From Psammoneis japonica (Eukaryota): a DNA stretch of 64,000 nt. Location: positions 496,001 to 560,000 of the forward strand of contig QPGO01000012.1 of NCBI GenBank assembly GCA_008632985.1, given 5' to 3'. Both the position numbers and the translations under genes were made by a program. Of this stretch, positions 49,300-61,443 are shown one piece after another (the first letter of the stretch is position 1; each line of letters begins with the position of its first letter). The notes under the pieces were generated by a model. The model was not told where the DNA came from and did not search any database. It worked only from the letters and a program-made list of their open reading frames with translations.

Positions 49300-52200
49300 T
49301 TATTGATATTTGTTTTTGCGGTTCATACACGGGCCTTTCAAACGTCTTCCGGCACATTGATAGCGCAACAGAACATACTCAAGAATGACGAGCCCGATGA
49401 ACCATGTAGAGAGAACAACTAGGGCCAACTTCTCCGAGGATGTTGGCGCGAAACCGAGGTAGCGCGAAATGAAAGACCCGTCAGAAGCGATACATGAGAT
49501 GGCATCTATGCAGAAGTTCTCATGGCTGCGGTGCCCAAGTTGGTTGAGTGCGGCTCCTGAAATGGCCCAAAACGTGAAGGAGATGATGTACAACCACGAC
49601 AGCCCCGGTGGGAGTTTGCGAGTTGAAACCAGGAGCCCACCAAAGAGGAAGCTCAAGAAAATGTAAACGGAGTAGAATTTTGAAAATTTTCGGTAGTCTC
49701 CACGGAAACAAACACAGAGCATTCTTCCGCACTGGAGAGCCACAAGAAGATGTACTGCAGAGAAGAGTATTTGCACTGACAGAGTCGACAGAGACCATCC
49801 CAGGACCGCATAGCCAACTAGATGAGCCATGATAACCGAAAGGATGGGAATTGAGAAAGAGAAGGTCTGCGAAGACAATTGGTAGGAGAGCAAGGATATT
49901 CTTCCATCATCAAGTTCAAGCCGATGGGCCGTCCACATCTTGCAGGAGAGATGGATCTTGTGCCGGAACAAGTTGACAGGAATGCCAATGTAGAATGTGC
50001 TCACAAGAACTACTTGGACTGGTGAGTGATCATCAAATCGCAGGACCATTGCGAAGAGGGCGAAAACAATCGGAAGTGTGATAAGATCGAGAAGATCCGA
50101 CTTGTAATTGCAGTGAAGCCGCCGGCAAAGAAATGCCATCTCCCTCAGCTTTTTAGCAAGGTGTAACCGACCGCAGAAAACAGTTCTCGTGTCTTCTCTC
50201 TGCCATGTGCCGACTGTTGTCGGACTTCCGTTTGCCATTTTCTCCGAGTGGGACTCTTCATTCGAGCCTTGTCGCATTGCATTTGTCTGTGCTGGGCACA
50301 GACCAAACTCTACTTCACGCGGCAAAATATCTGAGCTGGGACTTTGTCTACTCTCATCAGTTTCCGAATCTGAAAGGTTTTCTTTCACTGATTGCAAAGT
50401 TTTAGATGATAGCACGCTGCTGTTGCTGTCACTTTGATCATCAGAATCCTTTGGTGGTGGGATTGTTGCTTCGTTTTCAGATCCCTCGTCGAATAGCCAT
50501 TGGTCGTTGTTGCGACTGCTGTCATCATGCAGCAGCAGCATTCGGGTCGATTGGCGAACATATGATGAAAGAAGGCTGTCGAGCTCTTTTGCTAGGACCC
50601 TTGACGACCGATGGGCAGAACGGTATTCGTCCCTTGCCAGAGTCCCGCTTTCGAGTACGATGACCCTGTCAAAGAAATCCAGGATGAAATGCGACGGCTG
50701 GTGAAGTGTCATGACAATAGTAAATCCATGCTGAGTTGACAAGTACTCAACAAACTTCATGATCAAAGAAGAGGTAGCACTGTCGATGCCGCTGAGTGGC
50801 TCGTCCAGGAGCACAAGTCTTGGTGACATTAGAAGAGCCGCTGCAAGGGCCAAAATTCTCCTTTGCCCACCACTTAGGTTTCTTATTTTCACGTCATAAA
50901 AGGGGTTTATCTCTGCCGCTGGCGCTTCCTCAGCCCTAGCAGGAGGATAGCGGTCTTCCACCATCGATTCCTCATCCTCAGAAGGTTGCCCAGGGGCTGG
51001 TGCTCGAGAAAACAGATCTCGAACGAACCGAACACACTCATCTGTTCTATTTCTCTCAGTTCCATAAATCGATCCAGTAAGGAGAAGATACTCGCAAGGC
51101 TTCATGTTTTCCATCTTAACGGAATCCCCTTGACGAAGGTAGGCCGTTTCTTCTTCTTTTATATCGCTCGAAAGATCGCGAGCTGACACTGTCAAGCCTT
51201 GTAGTCGTTTCTGGCTCAGGAAGTTCAGCAGGGTCGACTTACCACTGCCACTCCTTCCCATTATTGCATTGACGGAACATGCGTGCAGTTTCAAATCAAT
51301 ATCCTTCAGAATGGGTTTACCTGTTGCCGCGTGGTATACATTCAAGCCCTGGACTGACGCCACTTCTTTTCGATTTTGGATAAGTTTGTGTCTTCGCCCT
51401 AGCTTTATTTCCTCGTTTTCTGAAGTGCTCGCCTCTGCACCATGTATCATTTCTTCTCCATTCGATCCAAAACTTCTACCCACTCCCCGAAGTGCCGTCG
51501 AAAGGATGATCAACACGAGCATCGAGTACCATATTCCCTCGAATAATGTTGGAATGGTGACAAATGTTTCTTCCAACTCAATCAACGACTGGCATTGGTT
51601 GGAAGCTTCAGAGTCCGCATTGCAGTTTGGTCCATGGCACCGATCCACAAATACCCGTATGTGTTCCGACTTGCTTATGTCGTTTGGAAAGCTGAGACCA
51701 CTCTCGACTTTGTCGTGAGCAACAATAAACGCCGAAACAATTTCTCGTACAGTGAATCCTTGAACTGTCGCAAGGTTCCACGTATCTGTTGAAAGCCACA
51801 GAGTAAGTCCCATTGCAACCAATTCCAGGGATGTCCGAACACCGACGGCATCATCTCGGCATACTACATCATATTCCTTGTCTTGGAAATTCCCATAGGA
51901 ACAAGCCTGATGCAGCAGCTCAATGGACGGGACAAAGAAACCATGAGTGACGCATGACGAAACTATCCAGTGGACTCTAGGTCCGAGCTTCGGGGTCAGT
52001 GCTTCGAAGGCTGCGGATGTTTCGAGTGGACGAACAATCCGAGATCCAGCTACTTCAGCAACATTCCAAATCTTGCTTATAACGTCTGAAAAGCTCTCCT
52101 GACCATGTCCTTGGTCTACACTGTCATAAATAGAGAATGGATCATATGATGAATCGAAAAGTACGACGTCTTGGGACGGTGCTGATAGTGGTCCTTCCAC

Positions 52201-53103
52201 TGTTGGGTCACCTGACCCAAGTATCTTGGCCAAGTCGTCATCGTGGCGGAGCATGCAATGTGTTGACAAACAACATGGTAAGTCAGTCACCTGATTGTAT
52301 AGTTCCGAATAATAGTTCTTTGTATCACACAAAGGATGTTCCGTAAAATCAACGTAGGTGTCCATAGCTTCCGTTAAGTTCTTGTTATCGTGACGATCGC
52401 TCAGCGATGCGGAGTCCAAAATGTACAATACCGACAACAACCCCATAGTTTGGGCCACCAGTTGGATGGATCTGATGTGATTCATGACCCCAATGGCTCC
52501 GGCGCTGGTTCCGACAATGGCAAGATGTTCCACCTGCTGCTGTCCGTTCGAAACCGTCTCTCGCCAATGATCAATGACTTGAGTGAAAAGAGCTGATCCA
52601 GACGCAACGAAACCTCCGATTTTCCCTTTCTTGATGTCTCCGAGATAGAGGTCCTGTGTACAGTAGGGTACCAACCACTTTGTGTGGTTCTGAAAGGGGT
52701 TCCTTGACATTTCGTCTTCAGCGAGAATCGTATCACCACGGATTTCCTCCGGAAGAGTTGAAGAAGTGAACTTGTATGGCTCTGACTTGAATTCATTGAG
52801 ACAGTCTTCAGGCGAAGTGCAGACTCCTCCCCCCATGAAAACAATCACATGCTTGGTTTCATCTATAAAAGGTTGCTCACGGCTCGATCTTTCGAGGTAG
52901 AAGTTCGAGTAAATTCCTGCAGGACTTCCATCAGCACAGGGAAGATTGGATTCGAAGGGCCGAAAGGTGAGCGATGCTTCCACAGTCCAACATGTTGTGA
53001 GTATGGAAGCACCAACGAGCAGTTTCTTCCATGTTTGATTCAAGGTGCCAACAGTACGACGAGCTGGCAGCCACTTCCAGGATGACTTTGAGTTGATGAT
53101 CAT
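49300..53103 (-). CDS. ABCG half-transporter fused to an N-terminal pectin-acetylesterase/NOTUM-like domain
   Basis: Signal-like KKLLVGASILTTCWTVEA; PAE motifs CADGSPAGIY, FMGGGVC, VPYCTQDLYLG, GTSAGAIG; TM helix; Walker A GRSGSGKST, LSGGQ, LLDEP, TLHQP; C-terminal multi-TM domain. One open ORF. Confidence 0.88.
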   Translation of the reverse strand: MIINSKSSWKWLPARRTVGTLNQTWKKLLVGASILTTCWTVEASLTFRPFESNLPCADGSPAGIYSNFYLERSSREQPFIDETKHVIVFMGGGVCTSPEDCLNEFKSEPYKFTSSTLPEEIRGDTILAEDEMSRNPFQNHTKWLVPYCTQDLYLGDIKKGKIGGFVASGSALFTQVIDHWRETVSNGQQQVEHLAIVGTSAGAIGVMNHIRSIQLVAQTMGLLSVLYILDSASLSDRHDNKNLTEAMDTYVDFTEHPLCDTKNYYSELYNQVTDLPCCLSTHCMLRHDDDLAKILGSGDPTVEGPLSAPSQDVVLFDSSYDPFSIYDSVDQGHGQESFSDVISKIWNVAEVAGSRIVRPLETSAAFEALTPKLGPRVHWIVSSCVTHGFFVPSIELLHQACSYGNFQDKEYDVVCRDDAVGVRTSLELVAMGLTLWLSTDTWNLATVQGFTVREIVSAFIVAHDKVESGLSFPNDISKSEHIRVFVDRCHGPNCNADSEASNQCQSLIELEETFVTIPTLFEGIWYSMLVLIILSTALRGVGRSFGSNGEEMIHGAEASTSENEEIKLGRRHKLIQNRKEVASVQGLNVYHAATGKPILKDIDLKLHACSVNAIMGRSGSGKSTLLNFLSQKRLQGLTVSARDLSSDIKEEETAYLRQGDSVKMENMKPCEYLLLTGSIYGTERNRTDECVRFVRDLFSRAPAPGQPSEDEESMVEDRYPPARAEEAPAAEINPFYDVKIRNLSGGQRRILALAAALLMSPRLVLLDEPLSGIDSATSSLIMKFVEYLSTQHGFTIVMTLHQPSHFILDFFDRVIVLESGTLARDEYRSAHRSSRVLAKELDSLLSSYVRQSTRMLLLHDDSSRNNDQWLFDEGSENEATIPPPKDSDDQSDSNSSVLSSKTLQSVKENLSDSETDESRQSPSSDILPREVEFGLCPAQTNAMRQGSNEESHSEKMANGSPTTVGTWQREDTRTVFCGRLHLAKKLREMAFLCRRLHCNYKSDLLDLITLPIVFALFAMVLRFDDHSPVQVVLVSTFYIGIPVNLFRHKIHLSCKMWTAHRLELDDGRISLLSYQLSSQTFSFSIPILSVIMAHLVGYAVLGWSLSTLSVQILFSAVHLLVALQCGRMLCVCFRGDYRKFSKFYSVYIFLSFLFGGLLVSTRKLPPGLSWLYIISFTFWAISGAALNQLGHRSHENFCIDAISCIASDGSFISRYLGFAPTSSEKLALVVLSTWFIGLVILEYVLLRYQCAGRRLKGPCMNRKNKYQ

Positions 53104-53754
53104 CGTCACAGTCTGAGTCTAGAGTGAGAACTCTGTGAGCCGCCGTGGATTCTTCACATTCAACATGGTGCGAGTTTTTTAGCGGTATTACGTCGAGTTC
53201 TCCCTCAAATGAATAATTATTGTTTACTTGTAGGTGCCACACAGGCTCACAAATCTGAGACTGTGGTGTCAATTCACTCAGTAGTGATTCTACGTATTTT
53301 CTACCTACTGGTATTGATATACTGTACCACTTTATCTTTAACACAACATCTGGTTATTCTCTTGAAGTTCCTCCTTTTTTCTGCTTACAGGACGAATATG
53401 AGTGTATGATCATCGTAATAGTGAGAACTCTGTGAGAATATCCACGAGTTTTTTAGCTTGATCTACATGGTAGTGCTCGGTAGTGATTCTACGTCCGTAT
53501 TTACTGGTATTCATCTATGACTTCATTACTGTATCTTTCTCAAGTCTGTATAAAAATTTTCTTTAAGTTCTTTCTCTTTTTTCTTTACCGGTACACTTAT
53601 AACGTCTTCACAATGAGAGAGGGGAAAGAGCAAGGAAAAGAACATCACAACGGGGCGAACATGTATTCATACGGTATGTAGAAATAGGCTAATAGAAGAC
53701 TTCTGTTCTGACAAGGAACCTCCGAACTGGGCAGTCCTCCCCAACCCATCTCGC

Positions 53755-55480
53755 ATGTTTCTAGAAAATTTGAATCTCCGAGGCACGCATCCTTTCTGCG
53801 ACGAACGATTTGAAGAGGATGCCACATACGAAGACCAGAGATTGGAAACTTTCCCAAATGTCGAACTTGGTAATACAGTAGCAACGGTGATGGCATTTTT
53901 CCTTATGGCGCTTCCATCCCTTGTTGCTTTGGTTGAGATAATGGTGAGGCTCGTAGCAACCTTCCTTTCTCCGATCGGAATCGTCAATCTCGCATGGGAT
54001 GCGGTTGTCCTTCGAAGAAAGATAGAGACAACAGACAAAGTCAAGAAGAGACGGCGGATCTCAACCCGTTGCGTTCTTGTCTCTGCTTCATCGGCTGTTC
54101 TAGTGTCGGACAGTTTATTCGTTATGGAACACGGGGTGGGTTGTGGGATCATGATGCTAGCTCTGTCGCTCGCGATTAGTTTTTCCTTTTGCCTTCATCA
54201 CCAATGGTACCAGAAAGCTATGTTGCGGTGTCTCATCGTGACTGTGATAATATTGTATTTCTACAATAGTGAGTTAAACCCGCTCGCAGCAGAGATTCGC
54301 AGAATTCATTTGGACCTCGAAGAAGGACTCTACTATGATCACTCCAGCCAATTTATGTCCAGTATTGTTGACCACTGGTCTCAGTTTCACTATTCCTATT
54401 CTTTCAGAGGCACTGGTGCTACTCTATGGACGCTCTCTGGAGACTGGCGAACCCTTGTCCCCTTCTTGGTCAACTCGGTACCGAAGCCTCCTATATCACG
54501 TGTCTGGCTTCCCGTGGAAGATGGTGAAGTTGTGGCCCTCGACATTAGTTTCCCAAGGGAAGGACACAACTCATCGAATCCAATATTCATGGTACTACAC
54601 GGATTGAACGGAGGATCAGATGATCAGTATGTCAAGGATTTCACGTGGAGAAGGATCACAGAAGGCTCCACAGTTGTGGTGATGGTTGCAAGAGGGTACA
54701 TGGACTTGCCGGTTCGTGGTTTTGAAGTGTTCCATGCGGCCAGATGGCGGGATGCTCACCTTTCATCGAAATTGCTGCGAAAAGGTCTCGCTCAGGGGCA
54801 ACTCCTGATTGGAGTGGGATACTCGATGGGAGCCACGATAATGAACAACATGGTAGCGCATGCCGGAAGTGACTGTGCGTTGGATGCTGCGATAACATTC
54901 TCTGGAGGTCTTGATATGCGATTGGCATCATCCTGCTCTCGCGCAAAGAGGCTGTGGCATCCCATTCTTGCAGCAAAGTTCCGCGATTCCATGATTTTGG
55001 GGAGATGGGGAGAGCAGGCACGTCGGCGGCTAACCAAAGAACAAATGCAGGCTTTGGCGCGTGCTCGAGACTTTGAGAAGGTTGACGAGGCCGCTGTTGT
55101 CCCCTATCACGGGTTCAAAGATGTGCAGCATTACTACGTACTCGGAAATGAGTGTCCTTGGGGACATATCGTTGAACAACTACACGCAAGCAGAGGTGAC
55201 ACCGAAACTGAAGATTTCTAATATATCTATTCCTTTGTGTGTTGTCCATGCCATGGATGATCCCATCGTGTCGTGGCGAAGTGTAGCTTCAAGTAAAGGT
55301 TTCATGCATCCTAATAACCTAACAAAGGCAGGTAATAGCGCTCTCATGGTATTACTGACGAAGCGTGGGGGTCACGTTGGTTGGCCTCTTGGGTTGTTTC
55401 CCCAGAACCAGAGATGGAAATGGATGAACGACGTAGCGGCAGGCTTTGCAGAGGCCATTGGTACTGCATACCAGCGCTGA
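53755..55480 (+). CDS. Membrane-anchored alpha/beta hydrolase, ABHD1/2/3 (YheT) family; frameshifted at 55138-55141
   Basis: N-terminal TMs; LHGLNGGS; nucleophile GYSMG; AMDDP and GGHVGW in the second frame. Removing 4 nt restores QHYYSEMS. Confidence 0.85.
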
Positions 55481-56315
55481 ATATTAAATCGAACAGTCCC
55501 TTATGGCTGATGTCTATAACCTCGTCGTGATTGGGCAAGCAGCATCGTTTAGCGATGTTCAAAGTAGCTTTGTTTTAAAAATATTTATGTGGCACAAGAC
55601 GACATACTTTTTCGTGCTGTAGTATTGCTCTAGCGCATGTGCGCTGGAAGAGCGAAAATGGTTAATGGTTGATCCGAACAAGTTGCCGCACGTTGCGTTA
55701 CCTCCAGGCATCATGAATCGCAAAACGCCATGCATTCAAAAAGCCCAGTACATAAATCCATCGAAATCTCTCGTCATACGACAACGCAAACAAAACTAAT
55801 CAATGGATCTCACCGACACGTCCTTTCCTGTTCGTTCTGTCGACACCTTTGGAAATGCAGCATATCAGGCTGAAAAAAGAAGGAACGGGAACGCCAAATG
55901 AAATTTTTTTGAAGAATGCCTTCAACACGGCGACCGATTTGTGTTTAATCACAAATTCTGTCAGTCCGCATCCTTCCAGCGTGGGAGGACATGCTGACCC
56001 AGAAAGCCGCCGACGGAGATTCTCATCGCCCCACAGATCCGTCAACTTCTCACCTCATGTGGACGTGTACGAAAGTATGGTACAGAGTCGGTCTTGAAGA
56101 ACGTGGTGACGACTCGACTCGAACTTTTTCAACGGGCAACTCTTGGATTATAGCAATCTCGGCAAATCAGGTGAGTATGTATGTTGGGAATTGCATTTTT
56201 CTTGACAAGCTATTCTCGGTAGTACATAACTGCGGTGGCAAAGAGCAGCATGCAAAGAGAAACCACAACGTTTCGTCGCTGTTTATGAAACTACTAAAGT
56301 TCTCTCATCTACTTT

Positions 56316-58460
56316 CTATCGCGTCGTGGAGCTCATAAGAAACGTGAGAAGCTCGTCAAAGTTGTCACCAATAAGGTCGTACGCATGCACAACCTTGGAA
56401 AGCTCAAATCCATTCATCACCAACTCTTGTACCGTCTGAGGATACTCATCTTGAGGCTGCAACGGCTGTGCGTGTGCCGCGGCAGAGGCAACAGAGGCCA
56501 CAGGTGCATGCGCCGAGGCGTGTGTGGAACTCATGGCACTGGACGAGGGAAACGTGGATGGAGTTTCGTTCCGAGTCTGTACGCGAAAGAAGCGAAAACA
56601 AAAAAAGTCATGATTAGCATCAAGAACTTAACGTATAATTGTAAGCCACGTCGGCCTTGGACTCACTCTTGCTTCTCGTGATGAACTGTCCCCGCTGGAA
56701 CATGATGGTTTCCTTCCCAATTCGTTATGATTGTATGATTCTAAAGAGCTCACAAGTGCCTGTTGAAGAATCGAAATACAATCAGCATTAGTGGCCGGCA
56801 CCGCTGAAAACAAAAGAGAAAGCCTTGACGTATCAACTTACCGCCTGTTCCAGGTCAATCTCTGTCGCTTCCAAATCAGAAAGAACCATGGCCTTTTCCT
56901 TGTACATCTATACAAAGGAGACACTGGTTGAACAAAGCGTAGTACTCACAACACCCATTGTACAAGGTTCTACTTACCCAATCCACAGACGACTCGCTTT
57001 CCTTGAGCGCCCTTTGGAGCTCATCATTGCGAGATGCTTCCCTCGCCTTTTCTAGTTCTGCTTCATCCGCCATCTTGTCCGACTCTTCCACCGCCTGCGC
57101 CATTTGCATGCGGTCGGCTAGGCCAGGCTCCAAGCCGGGCAAGCCGAGTCCAAGACCTGCCGTTGGGCAAACCGGGTCAATCACAGCATTGTAATGACTG
57201 CCGTCATGGTAACTGAGACGGATCGGAGCGTCGCTCGTCTTGTACTCTTCATGGAAAATGTTGAGTGGTTGTGCTGCAATATGCAACAAGAATTGGATAA
57301 GTACAAGAGTTTAAAGACACGAGCCAAAGCTACACGGTCGCTCTGACTATACCTACCTCCGTTTTCCGGAACAAAAACTTCAACCGGTCGGTTGAAAAGC
57401 TCACTGATCGCTTGAATCTCTGGGTTGTTGCCATGAACTCCGTCATTGCGCTTTCTCCGAATATAGTCTTGAAAAGGCTCGTCCGTCACAAACTGTGAAA
57501 AGTGTTCTTGGTCTCGAGCCTGCAATTCGTGAAAGGAACGCGTTAGCATCGAGATTTTATAAACAGCGAGAAAACAAAACAAAGTTCACGCACCATGAAA
57601 TCCAGGCATCTCCTTCGTACTTCGGCATGAGACGAAGCGTCACCGTAAATCTGTAGGCTCACGGCACGAAAGAGGCAATTTCCATCACCCTCTTGTTCTC
57701 GAATCTCGAGTCCACGCGTTTTGAGTGCCGCCTCGAATTGCGCATACTCATCCTCATTCTTGAGGAGTGCTGCCGGACTGTCTTCCTTAAAGGCCGTGGC
57801 CGGATTGTTCTCTTGGAACGCCGAAGCTGGGGTGTTTTCTCGCATGTTGCGAGACGCGTTGGTATCATGCGCCGAGTCGTCGCCTTGTGCTTGTTCGTTG
57901 TCCTCCTCATCTCGCCGGGGAATGTGTTCCACCATGGTTGATGCTTCCTTTTTTTGTCTTGGGCGTGAAGCAAAAAGAGAATCACTTGATGTGTCGCTCT
58001 GCTTTTGTCTCTTTGCAGTAGTTTCCAACACGGGGATAGGACTCGGTTTTCGATCTAGAAAGGGCGAGTCGGCTTTGCGCTTGAGGATCGGGCTATCAAC
58101 AGCAGTCTCCACGGATTTCAATACGTCTGAAGCTTCAGAGGACTCGTTCTCGGGACCTTGTGCTAAAGGAACTTGAGTGGTTGGTTCTTGATGACTTGTT
58201 GGTGTTTGATTGAGTCGCTCCGCGTTTGAATCCGACTCGGTTCGTACAGAATTCTCAAAAGTCGATTCAACGACTTTCGCGGAATTAATTTGGGATTTAG
58301 CAGTAACCGAATTACCGCAATCAACCCGTTCGCTTTCCTTTGAATTATTATCCTCTGTTTCAATACAGTCAGGAGATGGTTCCGCGGCAGCAGATGATGG
58401 GCTCGATGGAGGAGAATTCTGTTTTGCTGCTTGATTCTTGAGTGGAAGTAAAACCCGCAT
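56316..58460 (-). CDS. OTU-domain deubiquitinase (OTUD5-like) with UIM-like and C-terminal UBA-like regions, multi-exon
   Basis: GDGNCLFRAVS, HGNNPEIQAISELFNRP, IRLSYHDGSHYNAV, QELVMNGFELSKVVHAY. GT-AG intron at 57520-57593 and further introns. Start codon uncertain. Confidence 0.88.
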
Positions 58461-58699
58461 AATCCAGAACGGCGACAAACAACTGGGAAGCGAATTGAGC
58501 GCTTCTCTTTTCGCTTTTCAATGACTCAAATGAATGAACAAACGGAATACCCAATCTGAACTGAGATAGAGACTGTCTCAGTCGCTTTCTTTGTTATATA
58601 ACAAGAACAACACTAGCACAGCGATGACACTCCGCACGCACTGCGGCAAATAATAAGACACAACAAAACAAACCCGGCAATGCGCGCGCGCTTGAAGCA

Positions 58700-60930
58700 G
58701 CCAGCACGCAGAGGCTTGCGAGGTAAATCTTCACGCACATTGCAACCACGCCTCGCCAAGAGACAGACAGCTCCACATGTGCATTTTTCAGATGACTCTG
58801 TCTCTTGAGAGCAGGCCCAAAAAAGCTCATGCATGGCATCTTGCTCTGTGCAAAGAATGCCTTGTGTAAAAAGTGAGACTGCGTGAGAGTGTTGTGCAGA
58901 TTGTGCAAAATGTGACATGAAGAGGTCAAAAACTGCGGTGCAAGAATCTCTCTCCTCTTCTCTCTTGACAAAGGAAACTTCGAGAGCACAGAAGGAGAAA
59001 TTTCCAAAACAGATTGCTTCAAACACATGTGCCAAGTGAACACCAGCCCTCAAGCAATGACTTGCTTTGCACAGGTGTGCCAAGCCCTCATCTTGCAGCT
59101 CCTCTTGACTCTTGTTTGTGCTGGCCAGTCATCGCACAAATCAAGAAGGGTGTCACCTTGGAGCACAAAATTCAAAAACGTTGCTGGCCAGCTTTCTTTC
59201 CAAAGACAACATGCCAAAAACTTCTGGGAATAACTTGCTTTTTCTTGCTGGGCACTTGCTTTCAGCATTGATGTTCTGCATGGCATCTGGCTGTGGGAGA
59301 GAAGAGATTGTCGCAGTGCAAGGAGAAGAGTGTGCATGAGTCTGTCTCTTTGCATGCAAATTTGTCTTGAAATTGCAGAGTGTTGTTGTGGCAATCTGCA
59401 ATCTGGCCTGTGTCTGACCAACACAAAACACAGATCTGGAAAAAAGCAGTGCCAGGCGAGAGAATGACACTGGCTTCAACAGAAAGGGCCACCCCCTTCA
59501 TCAGAAAAAACATTTTAGGTTTTGGAAATGCCACCTGAGAGAAAATGGCAAGCAGCCATGACAATGGGGCTGCTTTTAGAGTTTTGAGCACATTGCCAAA
59601 TTCACAAGAAAGCATGCATTGTCAGGGACAGCAGGCACTGTTGCATTTGCAAAGATCAGCTTGTCAAAAGTGCAAAATGTGGGCATGGGATGGACATTGT
59701 GGTGTGAGAGATGACAGCACAATGTTTTGTCATTTTTTGTGAGAACAAGAAGAGAATAATTGGGCCAACATCAACCACTGCCAGGCTCTGACAGGAGCTG
59801 CACTTCTGCCAATGATGAGCCCAAAAGAGAGTTTGGCAAGACAGCAGCAGTTCAGTTGATGTTGATTCTGGCTTTAGTTTGGATGACAAGTGTGGCTCAT
59901 TGCTGGAAGAGTGGCTGATTTTGTGCCAAGAATCTCTGTTGAGAAGAAAGTGTCCACAAAGCAGGCAGACGGGCTTGGATCATCATGTGGACAACTTCAG
60001 AGTGCAGTGAGTGTCTTCCTTCAACTTTCCAGCAGGTGTGCAAAACAAGAAATTTTGCCTTGTTTGCATGTTGGCATTTTTGATTTTTGTGTGTGTGCCA
60101 TTGTGGGGTTGTGTGAGGAGGAGCACTGCTGTGCAGCGGTTTTGCAGTGCCCTCCAATGGCTTGTCACCACAAGCTGTCATTGAAGTGCAGTTGGTGGTG
60201 CAATGAAAATGGGTGTGGCCAGCATCTCATTAGAAAGTTTTATCTGATCAACAGGTTGCATCCATGAACCATCATGCACAACAATCTGGTGCATGCCGCA
60301 TGCCATGACGGAAAGAGCAGTGACACAGGGTTGGTGGATGATGGCTGTGTGTGTGTGTCACCCATTGAGTTCATGTTGGCAGTGGGCATTTTAAACTGTG
60401 CTGTTGACATGTCACCTTCTTTTGTTCATAAGATGACTCAATGCACCACAACTTGGCTGTCCCAGCAGTTGAAGTTTAAACTTGGAGACAAGTTCGGCAA
60501 ACGATTCGCCAAGCCTTTTGCATGGCTGCTGGCGGGATGGTGCACACCCCGTTTGTTGTTGTCTCCTTGGGGTTGTTGCACCAGAACTGTGCCCATTGTT
60601 GAAAAAGTCAGTTTTCTCCCTAGACATTGCAATGGCACATCTTTTAAATGACCCTGCAAGGAAAAAGCAACCCGCTGGAGCTCGCCCTGGTTGTTTTGCC
60701 CTCCTGCCAAGAAGAAGATTTTGGGGGTGCACAGTGTGCACAGCAAAGGCAGGTGAAACATTTAACACCTGCCCAACACACATAAGTGGTCCCGTCTTAA
60801 TGACGTGTTGACACCACAACAAGGTCACAACAAACGACCTGTGCACATGGCAACACATCCGTGTTCAGCTGCAATCGATCCACGTGTTCATTCGTTTGTT
60901 GGTCTTTCGCTGTGGGTGATTGGTCCCCGA
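58700..60930. other. Decayed repeat-like island depleted of both TpA and CpG
   Basis: TG/CA-rich, no credible ORF, sharp edges between two intact genes; origin not identifiable. Confidence 0.6.
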
Positions 60931-61443
60931 ATGTTGCTAGTCGTAAGAAGAATCCCGCGAGAGTCATTCCACGATTTACTACGACCGGGCATTAAGTATA
61001 ATTAACGGCTAGTTGTTAAATGACATTTATTCTACCTATGTATTTGATCATAATATTTATAGATCTCCAGTCGTTTATGGCAAGCGACTCCGCTCGAGAG
61101 AGCTTCCACGCGCTTCACCATCAACGTGTTTCTGTGTGTTGTGTTGTGTTGTGTGTGTTGTTTGTTTGCTCGAGGTGTCATGTCATCGCGGATGCTGTCA
61201 AAAAGATTTGGGGCATAACCGTTCCTTCGACGTCCTCACGTGCTTTGTGGCTATAGGTCTTAACCTCCTTGAGTGCCTATTTCTCCGTACGTGAGAGCCT
61301 TGAGAGGCAAGTGGAGAGGTGCTTTTCTGCGAAATAGAAAACACTCCGGCTCTGGGTTGCTGCAGTTCACTCTAAATAGAAGACTGAGATACAGATAGCA
61401 TCGAAAGTTATCCCGGTTAGCTTGAGTGCGTTGAAGACTCATC

